A stretch of 56,517 nucleotides of DNA, counting the filler, from Squatina squatina (lineage: Eukaryota), in NCBI GenBank assembly GCA_031763465.1. It is 3 parts of 3 records of this genome, joined end to end, with 100 filler letters (N's around TTAATTAATTAA, not from the genome) between each part and the next. Parts side by side here need not be neighbours in the genome. Positions count along the whole stretch, not along the records: positions 22,163 to 36,156 come from JARFOE010000016.1; positions 36,257 to 56,517 come from JARFOE010000168.1; 1 more part is not named here. One strand, 5' to 3'. The position numbers and the translations under genes are program-made. The notes below the pieces were generated by a model, which was given only the letters and a program-made list of their open reading frames with translations, was not told where the DNA came from and made no database searches. How positions within the stretch are numbered: the first letter of the stretch is position 1; every line of letters starts with the position of its first letter. Positions 26,154 to 37,280 of this stretch are shown piece by piece.

Positions 26154-26669
26154 GTATGTCAGTAATATGAGAATAGAATCAAACCAGTGTAAAGTCTGTG
26201 CAGGAGCTCTTTACTCTTACATAGTAAATAACCCTTACCCTGCTATGTAAACGAGGACTCTACAGTTAAACAGTCGGTAATCCAACAGCACTCAATACAC
26301 ATCACCTTGGCTCCCTTGGTAAGACTCTCTTCTTTGATTTAGGAGGTTGTATATTCAAGCCCCATGTCACAAAACTTTTTTTTCATTTTGAAAATGAGAC
26401 ATAAGCCCCTCCAACTGGGACGGCTGACCTCTGCTCCCAATTCTCCTCGAGGGTGGAGCCTCGCAGAATTTATCCTTCTATCTGACACAGGCCATGCCTG
26501 ATCTGACAGCGCTGGGACTGAGCTGGTTTGCAGCACTAACATGCCTATCTTGAAAATTCATGAAAAGGATGTAGACCTTGTTCTGTGGAAGCTCGCAGCT
26601 TCACAAAGGAAAATGGTGTGGGATGAAAGCAATACTCTGTTCACAGTTAGAACTTGCTTACTCACTCAT

Positions 26670-27550
26670 AGGATCATAGAAATTCACATCACAGAAGGAG
26701 GCCATTCGGCCCATCATGTCTGTGCTGGCCGACAAAGATCTCTCCAGCCTGATCCCACTCTCCAGCTCTCGGTCTGTAGCCCTGTAGGTTACCACACTTC
26801 AAGTGCACATCCAAGTACTTCTTAAATGCGATGAGGGTTTCAGACCCCCACCATCCTCTAGATGAAAAAATTTCTCTTCAATCCCCTCTAAACCTCCAAC
26901 CAATTACTTTACATCNNNNNNNNNNNNNNNNNNNNNNNNNNNNNNNNNNNNNNNNNNNNNNNNNNNNNNNNNNNNNNNNNNNNNNNNNNNNNNNNNNNNN
27001 NNNNNNNNNNNNNNNCCTGCAGTCTATAGTTTTCTTCATTATCAACCACTCGGCTAATTTTTATATCATCTGCAAACTTCTTACCCCTACATTCAAGTCT
27101 AAATCATTGATATGGATCACAAAAAGCAAGGGACCTAGTACTCAGCCCTGTGGAACCCCACTGGAATCAGCCTTCCAGTCACAAGCACACCCATCGACCA
27201 TTACCCTTTGCTTCCTGCCCTCTGAGCCAATTTTGGATCCAACTTGCCAATTTGCCTTGGATCCCATGGGCTTTTAGTTTCAAGACCAGTCTGCCATGTG
27301 GGACCTTATCAAAAACCATGCTAAAATCTATATAAACTGCATCAGCCTCATCATCCCTTCTTGTTACCTCCTCAAAAAATTCAATCAAGTTAGTCAGACA
27401 CGACCTTCCCTCAACAAATCCATGCTGACTGTCCCTGATTAATCCGTGTCTTTCTCAGTGAAGATTTATCCTGTCCCTCAGAGAATTTTTTCCAATAATT
27501 TTCCCATTATTTGGCCTGTAATTACTCGGTCTATCCCTTTCTACCTTTTT
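26670..27550 (-). mobile_element. CR1-clade LINE fragments (RT and 3' end)
   Basis: IEFFEEVT..DAVYIDFSMVFDKVPHGRLVLKLKAHGIQGKLASWIQNWL; GVPQG-like segment; CATAG-type 3' tail at about 26667. Confidence 0.88.
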
Positions 27551-27615
27551 AGTCTTCTGTGTCACAGAAATACTTACTCTGCTAAGTCTTTGTAACCTTT
27601 TTGTGTTCTTTACAG

Positions 27616-27673
27616 CAACTCCATGGGGCCTTCCCGATCAGATTGATCTGTATGATGTGCGACGGAGACCCTG
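27616..27673 (+). CDS. CACNA2D2: CACNA2D2 exon with the RRR gabapentinoid-binding motif
   Basis: ctttacag|...|gtgag, 58 nt, (A)TPWGLPDQIDLYDVRRRP(W). Confidence 0.92.
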
Positions 27674-28235
27674 GTGAGTGAGCGGGTCGTGGGAATGGTG
27701 CACTGCAAAAATATACTCNNNNNNNNNNNNNNNNNNNNNNNNNNNNNNNNNNNNNNNNNNNNNNNNNNNNNNNNNNNNNNNNNNNNNNNNNNNNNNNNNN
27801 NNNNNNNNNNNNNNNNNNCTTAGCCACGCATCGCACGTTCCAGTAATCATAATTATTTTTCTAACATTCTTTTTGATAGCCGGCCGCACAGCACGCCTTT
27901 AATGGGCGCCTCACATGTGGCTGACCTCCATGGGAACGACCCCTGCTGCAGGCTATGTCAGCGCCTGGCGTTGCAGCAGGGGTCACAGACGAATTCCGCT
28001 GCCAGGTCACTCAAGGGCGCAGCGCTTGGTGATGATGACATCATCACCGTGTGCCTCCGTTCACTGCACCTCAGGCCGGGAGCGGGGTGCGGCTTGTCAG
28101 CGACGCCGCTACCTGGCACCCGAATCCCGCAGCAGCCCGCTGCAGCGTTGACGGCTGCTGTAGAGGCCTCGGCACTCGAGAAGCGCCTCCTGGAGGCGCT
28201 CCCCAGGCGAGCATGTACTACAAATTGCGCGCCTT

Positions 28236-28518
28236 CAGTTTACAAAAGGGATACAGACAGGTTAAGTGAGTGAGTAATAAGGTGGCAGATAGAGTATAAT
28301 GTGGGAAAATGTGAGTTTATTCATTTTGATCAGAAGAATAGAAAAAGAGAATACTTTTAAATAGTGAGAAACTATGAAATGCTGGTGTTCAGAGGGATTT
28401 GGGTATCTTTGTACACAAAACACAGACAGTTAACATGAAGGTACAGCAAGCAATTAGGAAGGTTAATGGTATGTTGGCCTTTATTGCACGGGGGTTGGAG
28501 TACAAGAGTAAGGAAGTC
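28236..28518 (+). mobile_element. CR1 LINE fragment
   Basis: RDTDRLSE..WQIEYNVGKCE; QRDLGIFVHKT..VQQAIRKVNGMLAFIARGLEYKSKEV. Confidence 0.85.
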
Positions 28519-28618
28519 NNNNNNNNNNNNNNNNNNNNNNNNNNNNNNNNNNNNNNNNNNNNNNNNNNNNNNNNNNNNNNNNNNNNNNNNNNNNNNNNNN
28601 NNNNNNNNNNNNNNNNNN

Positions 28619-28840
28619 GGGAAGGGAGTGGCTGTTGGGGGTGATTGAAGAGTGGACCAGGATGTCATGGAGGGAACTATCCATTCAGAATACTAAAAGG
28701 GGAGGGGAAGATGTGTTTGATGGTGCTGGTGGGGTGGAAGGTGAGGACAAGGGGAACCCTATCCTGGTTGTGGGAGGGAGGGGAAGGGATGAGAGCAGAA
28801 ATGTGGGAAATGGGAAAGACATGGTCAAGAGTCCTGTCAA
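28619..28840 (-). mobile_element. Penelope-like element ORF fragment (RT to GIY-YIG linker)
   Basis: Minus strand encodes ISALIPSPPSHNQDRVPLVLTFHPTS..KHIFPSP..SLHDILVHSSITPN; RVPLVLTFHP is typical of vertebrate PLEs. Confidence 0.75.
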
Positions 28841-28844
28841 CCCA

Positions 28845-28975
28845 GTTACATCTCTAACTTTTTCCAGTTCTGATGAAAGATCATCAACCTGAAACGGTAA
28901 CTCTGTTTCTCTCACTACAGATGCTGCATGACCTGCTGAGTATTTCCAGCATTTTATGTTTTTATTTCAGATTTT
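28845..28975 (+). mobile_element. Penelope-like terminal repeat with degenerate hammerhead motif
   Basis: CAGTT-CTGATGA-AAGATCATCAACCT-GAAAC-GGT-AACT followed by GATGCTGCATGACCTGCTGAGTATTTCCAGCA; clearly homologous to 9058-9180. Confidence 0.7.
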
Positions 28976-29065
28976 CATCATTGGCAATATTTTGCTTTTG
29001 CACTAGTTAAAAGGAGATATTTCATAATGGAGGATGTTTATACATGAATTAAAAGAAGTTATTTC

Positions 29066-29308
29066 ATAGAATCATAGAATGGTTTCAGCACAGAAGGAGG
29101 CCATTCAGCCCATAGAGCCTGTGCCAGCTCTCTGCAAGAGCACTTCAGCTAGTCCCGCTCCTTCGCCTTTTCCCCGTACGCCTACAAATTTTTTCCTTCA
29201 GGTACTTATCCAACTCCCTTTTGAAAGCCGTGTTTGAGTCTGCCTCCACCACTCTTTCAGGCAGTGCTCTCCAGATCATAACCACTCTCTGTGTAAAAAC
29301 ATTTTCCC
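29066..29308 (-). mobile_element. CR1 LINE 3' end
   Basis: CATAGAATCATAGAAT tail followed by CACAGAAGGAGGCCATTCAGCCC; similar to the reverse complement of 45366-45593. Confidence 0.75.
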
Positions 29309-30599
29309 NNNNNNNNNNNNNNNNNNNNNNNNNNNNNNNNNNNNNNNNNNNNNNNNNNNNNNNNNNNNNNNNNNNNNNNNNNNNNNNNNNNNNNNNNNNN
29401 NNNNNNNNAACCCCACTCCTTCCTCAATGATGCTGAAGAGATATCAGTGCTGTTTGGACTCCACCCCATCCACTTCCTCGCCATTAGCCTGTAACTGGAT
29501 CCTACGCTCCACCCTTTCAAAACAGAGTTTGATTGTCTCCATGTAATGTAAAGAGTTTGGCCATGTTGGTGCCTTATGAATGAGATTCAGTAGCTGACTA
29601 CAATCGGTGCAGTGGAAAATGCTGAAAAAATGCAATTGGTAATCAATATAAAAAAAGTATTTCTAGTCTTAAAAAAGCCTGAATGACCTCATTTTATTGG
29701 CTAGTATTTTGGACTTTCCATTTCCAGAATGTAAAAATTGTCAGTTTTCTGGGCAACATATTGGCTACAACTACTCTCCTGAGATGTGCTTCGACCCTGC
29801 AGATCAATCTCTTGACCTTGTCATTTTTAAGAGTTGCGTAGTTTCTTCTCCGCTCCTGTGCTAGCGATAACATGTCTGAAACGCTGCAGGTGTAAGCTGC
29901 ACCTCCCCCTCGCCAGTAGTTCCCAGATAATGTTCCTTTTTATTGCAGATTTTGAATCCTTGTTACCCAGCTCCTTTGAGACCGTGGGACATGTATTCAT
30001 TGCTCCCAGGTAGCTGTGTGTGTGTGCGCGCTTGCCCATTTGCTTCGTTGTGTCGTGCACCACCCTGCTGCCCAAATCTGACCATGCCATCAGCCAGTCA
30101 ATACCCGCTCCCCCTGTGCTGTGGCCTGTGTTTGCACCTGCTATGTCTGCCTATGGAATGGATATCTATCTCTCTTCCCCCATTATGAAATCACTGGTAT
30201 ATGCACGAGCTTCCAGGCTGTGATGGCCCTTCCTAAAGGCTCCTACTCCTGCATGATAATCATATGTGGCAGTATAACTCCCAGTCTGTGTGTTAAAGAA
30301 TAGGGAACGTCCTGCAGCATGGTCCTCCTCATGTTACTGTCCCATCCTTGTACAGGAGTGACACCCGAGGGGTTTGAGGGTGAGGGCTTGTCACTGTCTC
30401 TTTTATGCCAGTGTNNNNNNNNNNNNNNNNNNNNNNNNNNNNNNNNNNNNNNNNNNNNNNNNNNNNNNNNNNNNNNNNNNNNNNNNNNNNNNNNNNNNNN
30501 NNNNNNNNNNNNNNAGGGCCTGTTATGTGCTGTATTTTCTATGCTCTATGCTCTATGCTCTATCAATTTTGAACACACTGTTGGGGCAGGTGAGCAAGG

Positions 30600-30990
30600 A
30601 CAAGACTGATAGGTGAGTGGGGCTTGGGTGCAGGATAGGAGGAGGGTGGCGGAGTCTCGGTCAAGCGGGAGTTTGCTTAAGGTGGAGATTGGGAGAATGT
30701 TGGAGAAGTCAAGCCTGGGAGAGCTGAAGGTGTGTGTGAGGGTTTCAGTGGTGGTGAAGCAGGGGTGGACATGATGAGCAGACTTGGTGATAAGTAGCAT
30801 TGGGGTTTAAGCTGAGCTTCAAGTCAAAATAGGACACCGTGGCTGCACACCATTGAGCCCAGCCTGAGCAAAAATCAGACAGGGGGTTGTAACAAGGGTT
30901 AGGGTGCAGGGTCTTGGCAGTGTTAAGTTGAAGAAGGCTCAACCACAACTTGATGTCAGCCAAGCTGTCGGATAATGGCAATCGTCGAGT
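30600..30990 (-). mobile_element. L2-clade LINE fragment
   Basis: [22 protein letters not shown]; TETLTHTFSSPRLDFSN. Confidence 0.7.
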
Positions 30991-31046
30991 CAATGGTCAT
31001 GCAGAAGAGGCTCCTGAACGTGTTTTGTTTTTGGTTGCTTCTCCAG

Positions 31047-31199
31047 ATTGGTATGTTCTTCAGTGGGGTGGACCCCAGCTTGATGAATGCACTCTACAAC
31101 GCCTCGTTCTACACAAAAAAGGAATCCTATGACTATCAGTCTGTGTGTGGTCCACCGCCTAATACTGACACAGGAGCTGCACCCAGATCCATCTTTATT
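31047..31199 (+). CDS. CACNA2D2: CACNA2D2 exon (C-terminal alpha2 region)
   Basis: ttctccag|...|gtaag, 153 nt, [51 protein letters not shown]. Confidence 0.9.
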
Positions 31200-31629
31200 G
31201 TAAGTTTACACCTGCTGTCACCAACCCAGGNNNNNNNNNNNNNNNNNNNNNNNNNNNNNNNNNNNNNNNNNNNNNNNNNNNNNNNNNNNNNNNNNNNNNN
31301 NNNNNNNNNNNNNNNNNNNNNNNNNNNNNNAAAAAGCCCAAACCACGGCGGCTATTGCTGCTGCTGGAAGCCTCTTGCCTGATGATGCTCCCCCGTCAGA
31401 GGACAGGCTGGAGCCAGGGGAGTGAGTAGGCCATTTAACCCGGAAATACAGATCTGGTGCACATCACTCCAGTTGTGGCCGCAAGATCAGTCTTTAGATC
31501 TTAACAGCAAAACATTAATTCTGCTGCATTACTCAATGCCATTTACTGCTGATGGTGTTTCTGGCTAGATTATTTGAACTGGTTGCCTGCATGATTCTCT
31601 ATTAATTCTTCCTGTTCCTTTGTTACTAG

Positions 31630-31753
31630 ATGATACATTAGCGGACGGTGTTGAAATGAAAAAGACGAGCTGTGTCACCAAGCAGACACAGTACTACTTT
31701 GGCAACAACAGTAGATCCTACAGCAACTTAATTGACTGCAGCAACTGCTCCAG
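31630..31753 (+). CDS. CACNA2D2: CACNA2D2 exon (delta region)
   Basis: ttactag|...|gttgg, 124 nt, DTLADGVEMKKTSCVTKQTQYYFGNNSRSYSNLIDCSNCS(R). Confidence 0.88.
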
Positions 31754-32706
31754 GTTGGCAACTGACATGAGGGAATGGTCAATGGCAACTCCCATAGAAC
31801 CAAACTAATGTTAAAAGAAAGAACGGGGAAGATAAATCACAACAGCTAAACGGCTTTATCTTCCCCACTGGCCAAGTGAGTAAGGGCACCACCTGGTGTA
31901 ATTGAGCTCTACTGGCCAGAAGCTCCCAGATTTGACGACTCGTCTGTACTAAGTTAGGTGATCTCGACAGAGGTCAGAACCAGAGAGCTGCAATTGGCCT
32001 CAGTACCTCTATCTGAGGGAGGTATAAGGAAAGTCAAGTGCGCATATACAGACATCAAGTAAGGATAGAATTGGGTTTGGCTGTGATGCCCCCACAGTCA
32101 ACTTTCCTCCCAACGCTTAATCAGAAGGGGAGAAAATTGTCAAAAGAAAAAGACAATTGCAGTCGTGGACCGTGAATGTGAGAATTCCTGCTCCATGCAG
32201 TCAGTAGCAGATGGTGCTATAGTGAAATCTGTGCAGGGGCGACTCTGCTACAATGACCACTTCATCTCAGTCTTCGGTTACAGTGCGATATGTTATGAAG
32301 AACATCTTACAGCAAGGGTCCAATGTGTGACTCAGCACACCTCCTGTGCCCAAGAGTCAGCACTACCTGCTGCGGTAGTTTGGGAAGGAGTTGTGCTGAC
32401 CATTAAAGCAGGAAAAATACTTCACAATTCAAGAAATCCAATGTAGATCTCTTTTAAAGAAAGAAAATAATCTTGTTGTGGCACTTCTACCTCTCTAAGA
32501 ATGGAGCTGTCACACATGTGCATGTGGCTTTTACAACTTTTATATGTTAAATTGCCTCAAAAAGATTGCTCGTGTTTTGAACGTGGCAAAGATCTTGTCG
32601 AAGTTGGTTGTGTTCCATTCTGGTAAGCGTCTCAGCCAGCTTCCACATGCAGCTGTATCGGTGCAACAACTGCAGACTGTCAATAAATCTTTCTGTCTTG
32701 TCATAG

Positions 32707-32816
32707 GTTTTACCATGCACAGCGATTAGCCAACACCAACCTGCTCCTTGTGGTGGCAGAAAAGCTGATCTGTAGTCAGTGTGACCGAAGCAGACTGATC
32801 CAGGCTGAGGTGCGAT
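32707..32816 (+). CDS. CACNA2D2: CACNA2D2 exon (delta region) ending at a U12-type donor
   Basis: tcatag|...|gtatcctgt, 110 nt, [36 protein letters not shown], colinear with human [36 protein letters not shown] (recalled). Confidence 0.9.
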
Positions 32817-32825
32817 GTATCCTGT
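32817..32825 (+). promoter_or_regulatory. U12-type (minor spliceosome) 5' splice site
   Basis: GTATCCTGT vs consensus RTATCCTTT, exactly where protein homology stops. Confidence 0.75.
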
Positions 32826-34119
32826 CCTTAAACNNNNNNNNNNNNNNNNNNNNNNNNNNNNNNNNNNNNNNNNNNNNNNNNNNNNNNNNNNNNNNNNNNN
32901 NNNNNNNNNNNNNNNNNNNNNNNNNNNNNNNNNCTGTGCGATTCTCATGGCTGAGGACTTCCCTTCCCCTGGAAGCCTAATTCTTCATTCCAGTCTCACA
33001 TCTCCGTGTTGTCGTGTGGTGGAGCTGCAAACTGTGTGTGTGTGTGGAGCTGGTCTTTTGTGGTCGTCTGGACAACCAGTATTTTCCTGGCAAGATAACT
33101 TGTGGGGAAAGCGGGATTTCATGGATCTGCTTTGTGGAAGACCCTTTACATGAATAAGAAGATGGGAAACGCAAGAGGAGCCCATCATCACCTTGTGTCG
33201 GCCCCACTGCTTTCCCAGACTTTCTCTTTACATTTAATAGGAGACCTTGGCAGTTTCAATGTTACTGGATAGCATTACTTCCATTGGTATATTCTGCTTT
33301 TATCTGCTTTTGAGACAGGTTGCATTTCTTTATGCACTACTTAGTTTTGCCAAATGAGATGGCTTTGATCACATATTTTGATTGACAGCCAAGTTACAGG
33401 GCAGTTCTCCAACTGAAGTGGCCGTAACNNNNNNNNNNGTCAGGATAGCATGTTACTCATTGCCACCTTCCAGTTGCCAGAATCCTTCCTTTTTATACCA
33501 CTGCTTCCATTTTTATTCAGGGAGCTCTCTGTCCTCAGTAGTAAAATATGTACCTCACAAATTCTTTTAAACTCATCTTAAATGTTCTTTCATCTGAGCA
33601 TCGGGGCTGCTACCAGGCAGGTGCCCTGTCAGAGGTTCACGTTCTCCAGCTGTTGTTTGCCTTCCACTCCCAAACCTGGCTGTAACTGTGGAACAGATGT
33701 GCAGGTGCATGTCACAGGCAACTTGAGAGAAATCCAAATGAAACGGGCTCANNNNNNNNNNNNNNNNNNNNNNNNNNNNNNNNNNNNNNNNNNNNNNNNN
33801 NNNNNNNNNNNNNNNNNNNNNNNNNNNNNNNNNNNNNNNNNNNNNNNNNNNGTCATTGTCTTAATGCTGTGCTGTGTACCACCGGAGTAGCATTTACCAA
33901 CAGCGTAATCTCTTACTGGGCTTCACTTAACATTTGTAGGTTTCTTTCCTTATATCCCTATGTATCATAGTTGCGCAGGTCTCTCCAATAAACTTTGCAG
34001 TCTCATGTGTTCACTTCTCATAACCCCAAAAACATTTGTTTCTGTTGGATTGATAAACCAGGGATTTTTTTCTCTTAAACATTTTTTTGTTGTTTTTAAC
34101 TTCTGCTTACAAGTCATGG

Positions 34120-34515
34120 AGTGCAGTAGTGTAGTGGTTATGTTAATGGACAAATAATCCAGAGAATGAGAGTTCAAATCCACCATAGTGGTTTGAGAAT
34201 TTGAATTCAGTTTTTGTTTAATCTGCCAATAAAAAACTGTACATCAGTAAAAGTGACCATGAAACTGTTGGATTGTGGTAAAAATCTAACTGGTTCACGA
34301 ATGCCTTTGGGGAAGGAAACGTGCCATCTTTATCTGGTCTGGCCTATACGTGACTCCAGTCCCACACCTCTAGTTGACACTTAACTGCCACTCAGTTGTA
34401 TCAAACTGCTACACTACAGCAATTCAAGGAGAAGGGCCACCACCTTCTCAGGGCAACGTGGGAGGGAAATAAACGCTGGTCTTGCCAGTGACACCCCAAG
34501 AATGAATTTAAAAAA
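34120..34515 (+). mobile_element. Near full-length tRNA-derived SINE (family B; further pieces at about 38655-38837 and 38940-39200, inverted 3' tails at 13611-13790, 24222-24320, 47195-47277)
   Basis: A-box-like TAGTGTAGTGG, B-box GTTCAAATCC, shared core GGAAGGAAA..TCTGGCCTA..TGACTCCAGTCCCA, A-rich end; multiple copies in the window. Confidence 0.7.
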
Positions 34516-35965
34516 GCAACCATACCTATTACACAAATTTAAAAGATAACTAGAAAAACTATTTTGAATTCAGGTTTCTGTCATGTGTGGAGGAAGAGAT
34601 GGTGGTGAAATGTGAGAGGGAACATTCCCTGGGAGTAANNNNNNNNNNNNNNNNNNNNNNNNNNNNNNNNNNNNNNNNNNNNNNNNNNNNNNNNNNNNNN
34701 NNNNNNNNNNNNNNNNNNNNNNNNNNNNNNNNNNNNNNATAACCAACTTGCGAACATATGAGAACTGAATTGGCATCATTTAACTTCTGTGAGTAAATAG
34801 TTTTGTGAGTAAGTAGTTTTGTAAGTGGAAATGTTGCACGAGTTCACTTGGGAATACTTCTGGAAGAGCAGAGTTGAAGTGTACCATCAGAAAAATGTCA
34901 AGGGTGCGGAGCATTGCACCTTGAACTGTGTCAAGCCTGAATTGTGAGTGCATCGAAACTACTTACATGTAAAGTCTAAGTGTCAATTTGNNNNNNNNNN
35001 CTCTTAATGTCAGATTCCCCAGCATACATGTGCTGTATTTCTGCAAAATATTTTATCATGAATTAAGATGAGAGATGATGTGTCCTTTTTTTCTCAAACT
35101 GTGTTGTGTTAGTTAAGAAGTCAGTCAAAGTCCACTCATATATTTACTGAAGACTCACTTATAAGGTTAACTGCAAACAATGTGGTTTCATGTTTCCTTC
35201 ACCTGGCTTTGGCCTACTTCTTGCTCCCATTTCCATCAAAGTTGGGAAGCACTTGACAACCACTGGATATCTCCCCTCATGGAATAATTGGATTGACAGT
35301 ATAAACCCACAGAGAACGCACAGAAGCTGCAACTCACGAGGTTTTTCTCAAGTGGCAGTGCAAAGTGGACGACAGCGAATCGGCAGTCCATTCTACACCC
35401 TGCTCAATTTCTTTTCCTATTGAATGCAGTTTTCTATTATATACATATAAAAGTAAATTTTTGTAAGTGGTTATATAAAGCACATAATTTAATATATGCC
35501 AGCAGTGAGTTGCAGGTTTTCGAAGAACATCGGTGTTTTGCCAAGTAGTTTTATTAGAGAAACACAAATAGTGCACCAATAGTTTGCTAACTTGTACAGT
35601 TTTAATAACAAACATACATTTTCATAAACAAAAGTATTTCTCAAATCACTCAAAAGTTCTTAATTTATGCAGTTGCCCAGTTTTTCACTTGCTGAATTTA
35701 TTCATGCGTAGGGCTACAGGCTGTTATTCAATCAACATCTGCCTCACAGATAAAAAAATATTACAATTCAATCATATGCTCTAGAACTGTTTTCAATTTA
35801 CAACTGGAGAATTTGTTACGATGGTAAACATTCTCAAAGTATAAATATATTTGGAATCTTGGGTCTTAAAGGGAAATGCCTCAACTTCAGCAAATCATGG
35901 ACAGCCACAAATTGTTGTCACTGCTTAGGGGTAAACCTGCTGTACAGCTTTTTAAATATAAATCT

Positions 35966-36156
35966 TTCCTCTCACTAATCCTCCTCTCACTATTCCCCCC
36001 TCTCACTATCACCCCTCTCCTCTCACTATTCCTCCTCTCACTATTCCCCCTTGCACTATTCCCCCTTTCCTCTCACTATTCCTCCTCACTATTCCCCCTC
36101 GCACTATTCCCCCTCTCCTCTCACTATTCCTCCTCTCACTATTTCCCCCTCACTAT
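35966..36156. repeat. Pyrimidine-rich short tandem repeat
   Basis: Variable 13-21 bp units containing CTCTCACTATTCC; ends the scaffold. Confidence 0.9.
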
Positions 36157-36256
36157 NNNNNNNNNNNNNNNNNNNNNNNNNNNNNNNNNNNNNNNNNNNN
36201 TTAATTAATTAANNNNNNNNNNNNNNNNNNNNNNNNNNNNNNNNNNNNNNNNNNNN
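36157..36256. other. Artificial scaffold-joining linker
   Basis: 44 N + TTAATTAATTAA (36201-36212) + 44 N, identical to the first linker. Confidence 0.95.
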
Positions 36257-37112
36257 TAATTGAGGTAGATATGGGGAGTGTGCTGATAGCAAATTATCTA
36301 TTAATCTATTGCCTTGTGAAGGAATTTATCTTTGAGCACATTATTGATATAAAATGGACTTGTCAGCCGTATCGTGCCAGATTTCTTAAGCATGAGTACT
36401 TGTGAATGAGTTGGCGTTTTGAGGTTTTAATCTCATACATTAATTTAATACGGCTCAGTAGTATAACAAATCTGTTTTCTGCTGGTCGTGTAACTCCTGA
36501 CTTATGTCTGTCGGTGACCCTGGCCAGGACGGAAGTTACTTGTCTGTGAAATTGGTTGACACAGACCATTGGTTGTAATGACAATGGCCGAGATGTTTCA
36601 AGCTCCCGACCAATTCTCTCTCACGCTGGAGGAAATGAGCCTGGCCAGCGTCTCTTTACTGGACAGCAAGAGACAAGGATTCTGATTGCTTCACCCGCAA
36701 AACCAATTTCCGTACCAGCGTCAGACCAATTCTTCCTCATCCCGTTATGTTTCATATGAAGGCATTTTAAAATGTCAGATTAAGTCAGTTACATCGTAAA
36801 TCCAGTCTATTTACCATGGCTGCCAACAGTACAAGCTGTTGGATACTCCCAGATACACCTTAAAGCATGAGGAACTTGAATTCCAGTGTTAAATTCTGTG
36901 TTGGCAAAAACCTGTCCAATCAGCACAAGGTGCTGGGAGTGGAACTTACAGAGACAAAAACATTCCCTAAGTTTCGACCTCCCCCCACTCCCCCACTGGC
37001 CTCCCTTTCCTGNNNNNNNNNNNNNNNNNNNNNNNNNNNNNNNNNNNNNNNNNNNNNNNNNNNNNNNNNNNNNNNNNNNNNNNNNNNNNNNNNNNNNNNN
37101 NNNNNNNNNNNN

Positions 37113-37280
37113 TCTCCCTCACCCTCTCTCCAGCCTCCGTCCCTCTCTCTCTGTCTTTCTCTGCCTCTGCCCCTCTCTCTCTCTCTCTTTCTGTCTCTCA
37201 CTGACTCATTCTCTCTCCGTCCCTCTCTCTCTCCCTCTCTCCTTCTGCCTCCATCCCTGTCTCTCTTGTCTCTCCCTCTG
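37113..37280. repeat. CT-rich low-complexity/microsatellite
   Basis: Imperfect (CT)n tract. Confidence 0.85.

Noticed and set aside
27902-28273. 123-aa GC-rich ORF
   Set aside because: No recognisable domain; open because of high GC and runs into CR1 sequence.
34120-34190. tRNA gene
   Set aside because: A/B boxes belong to a SINE head; no cloverleaf, and it continues into SINE core sequence.
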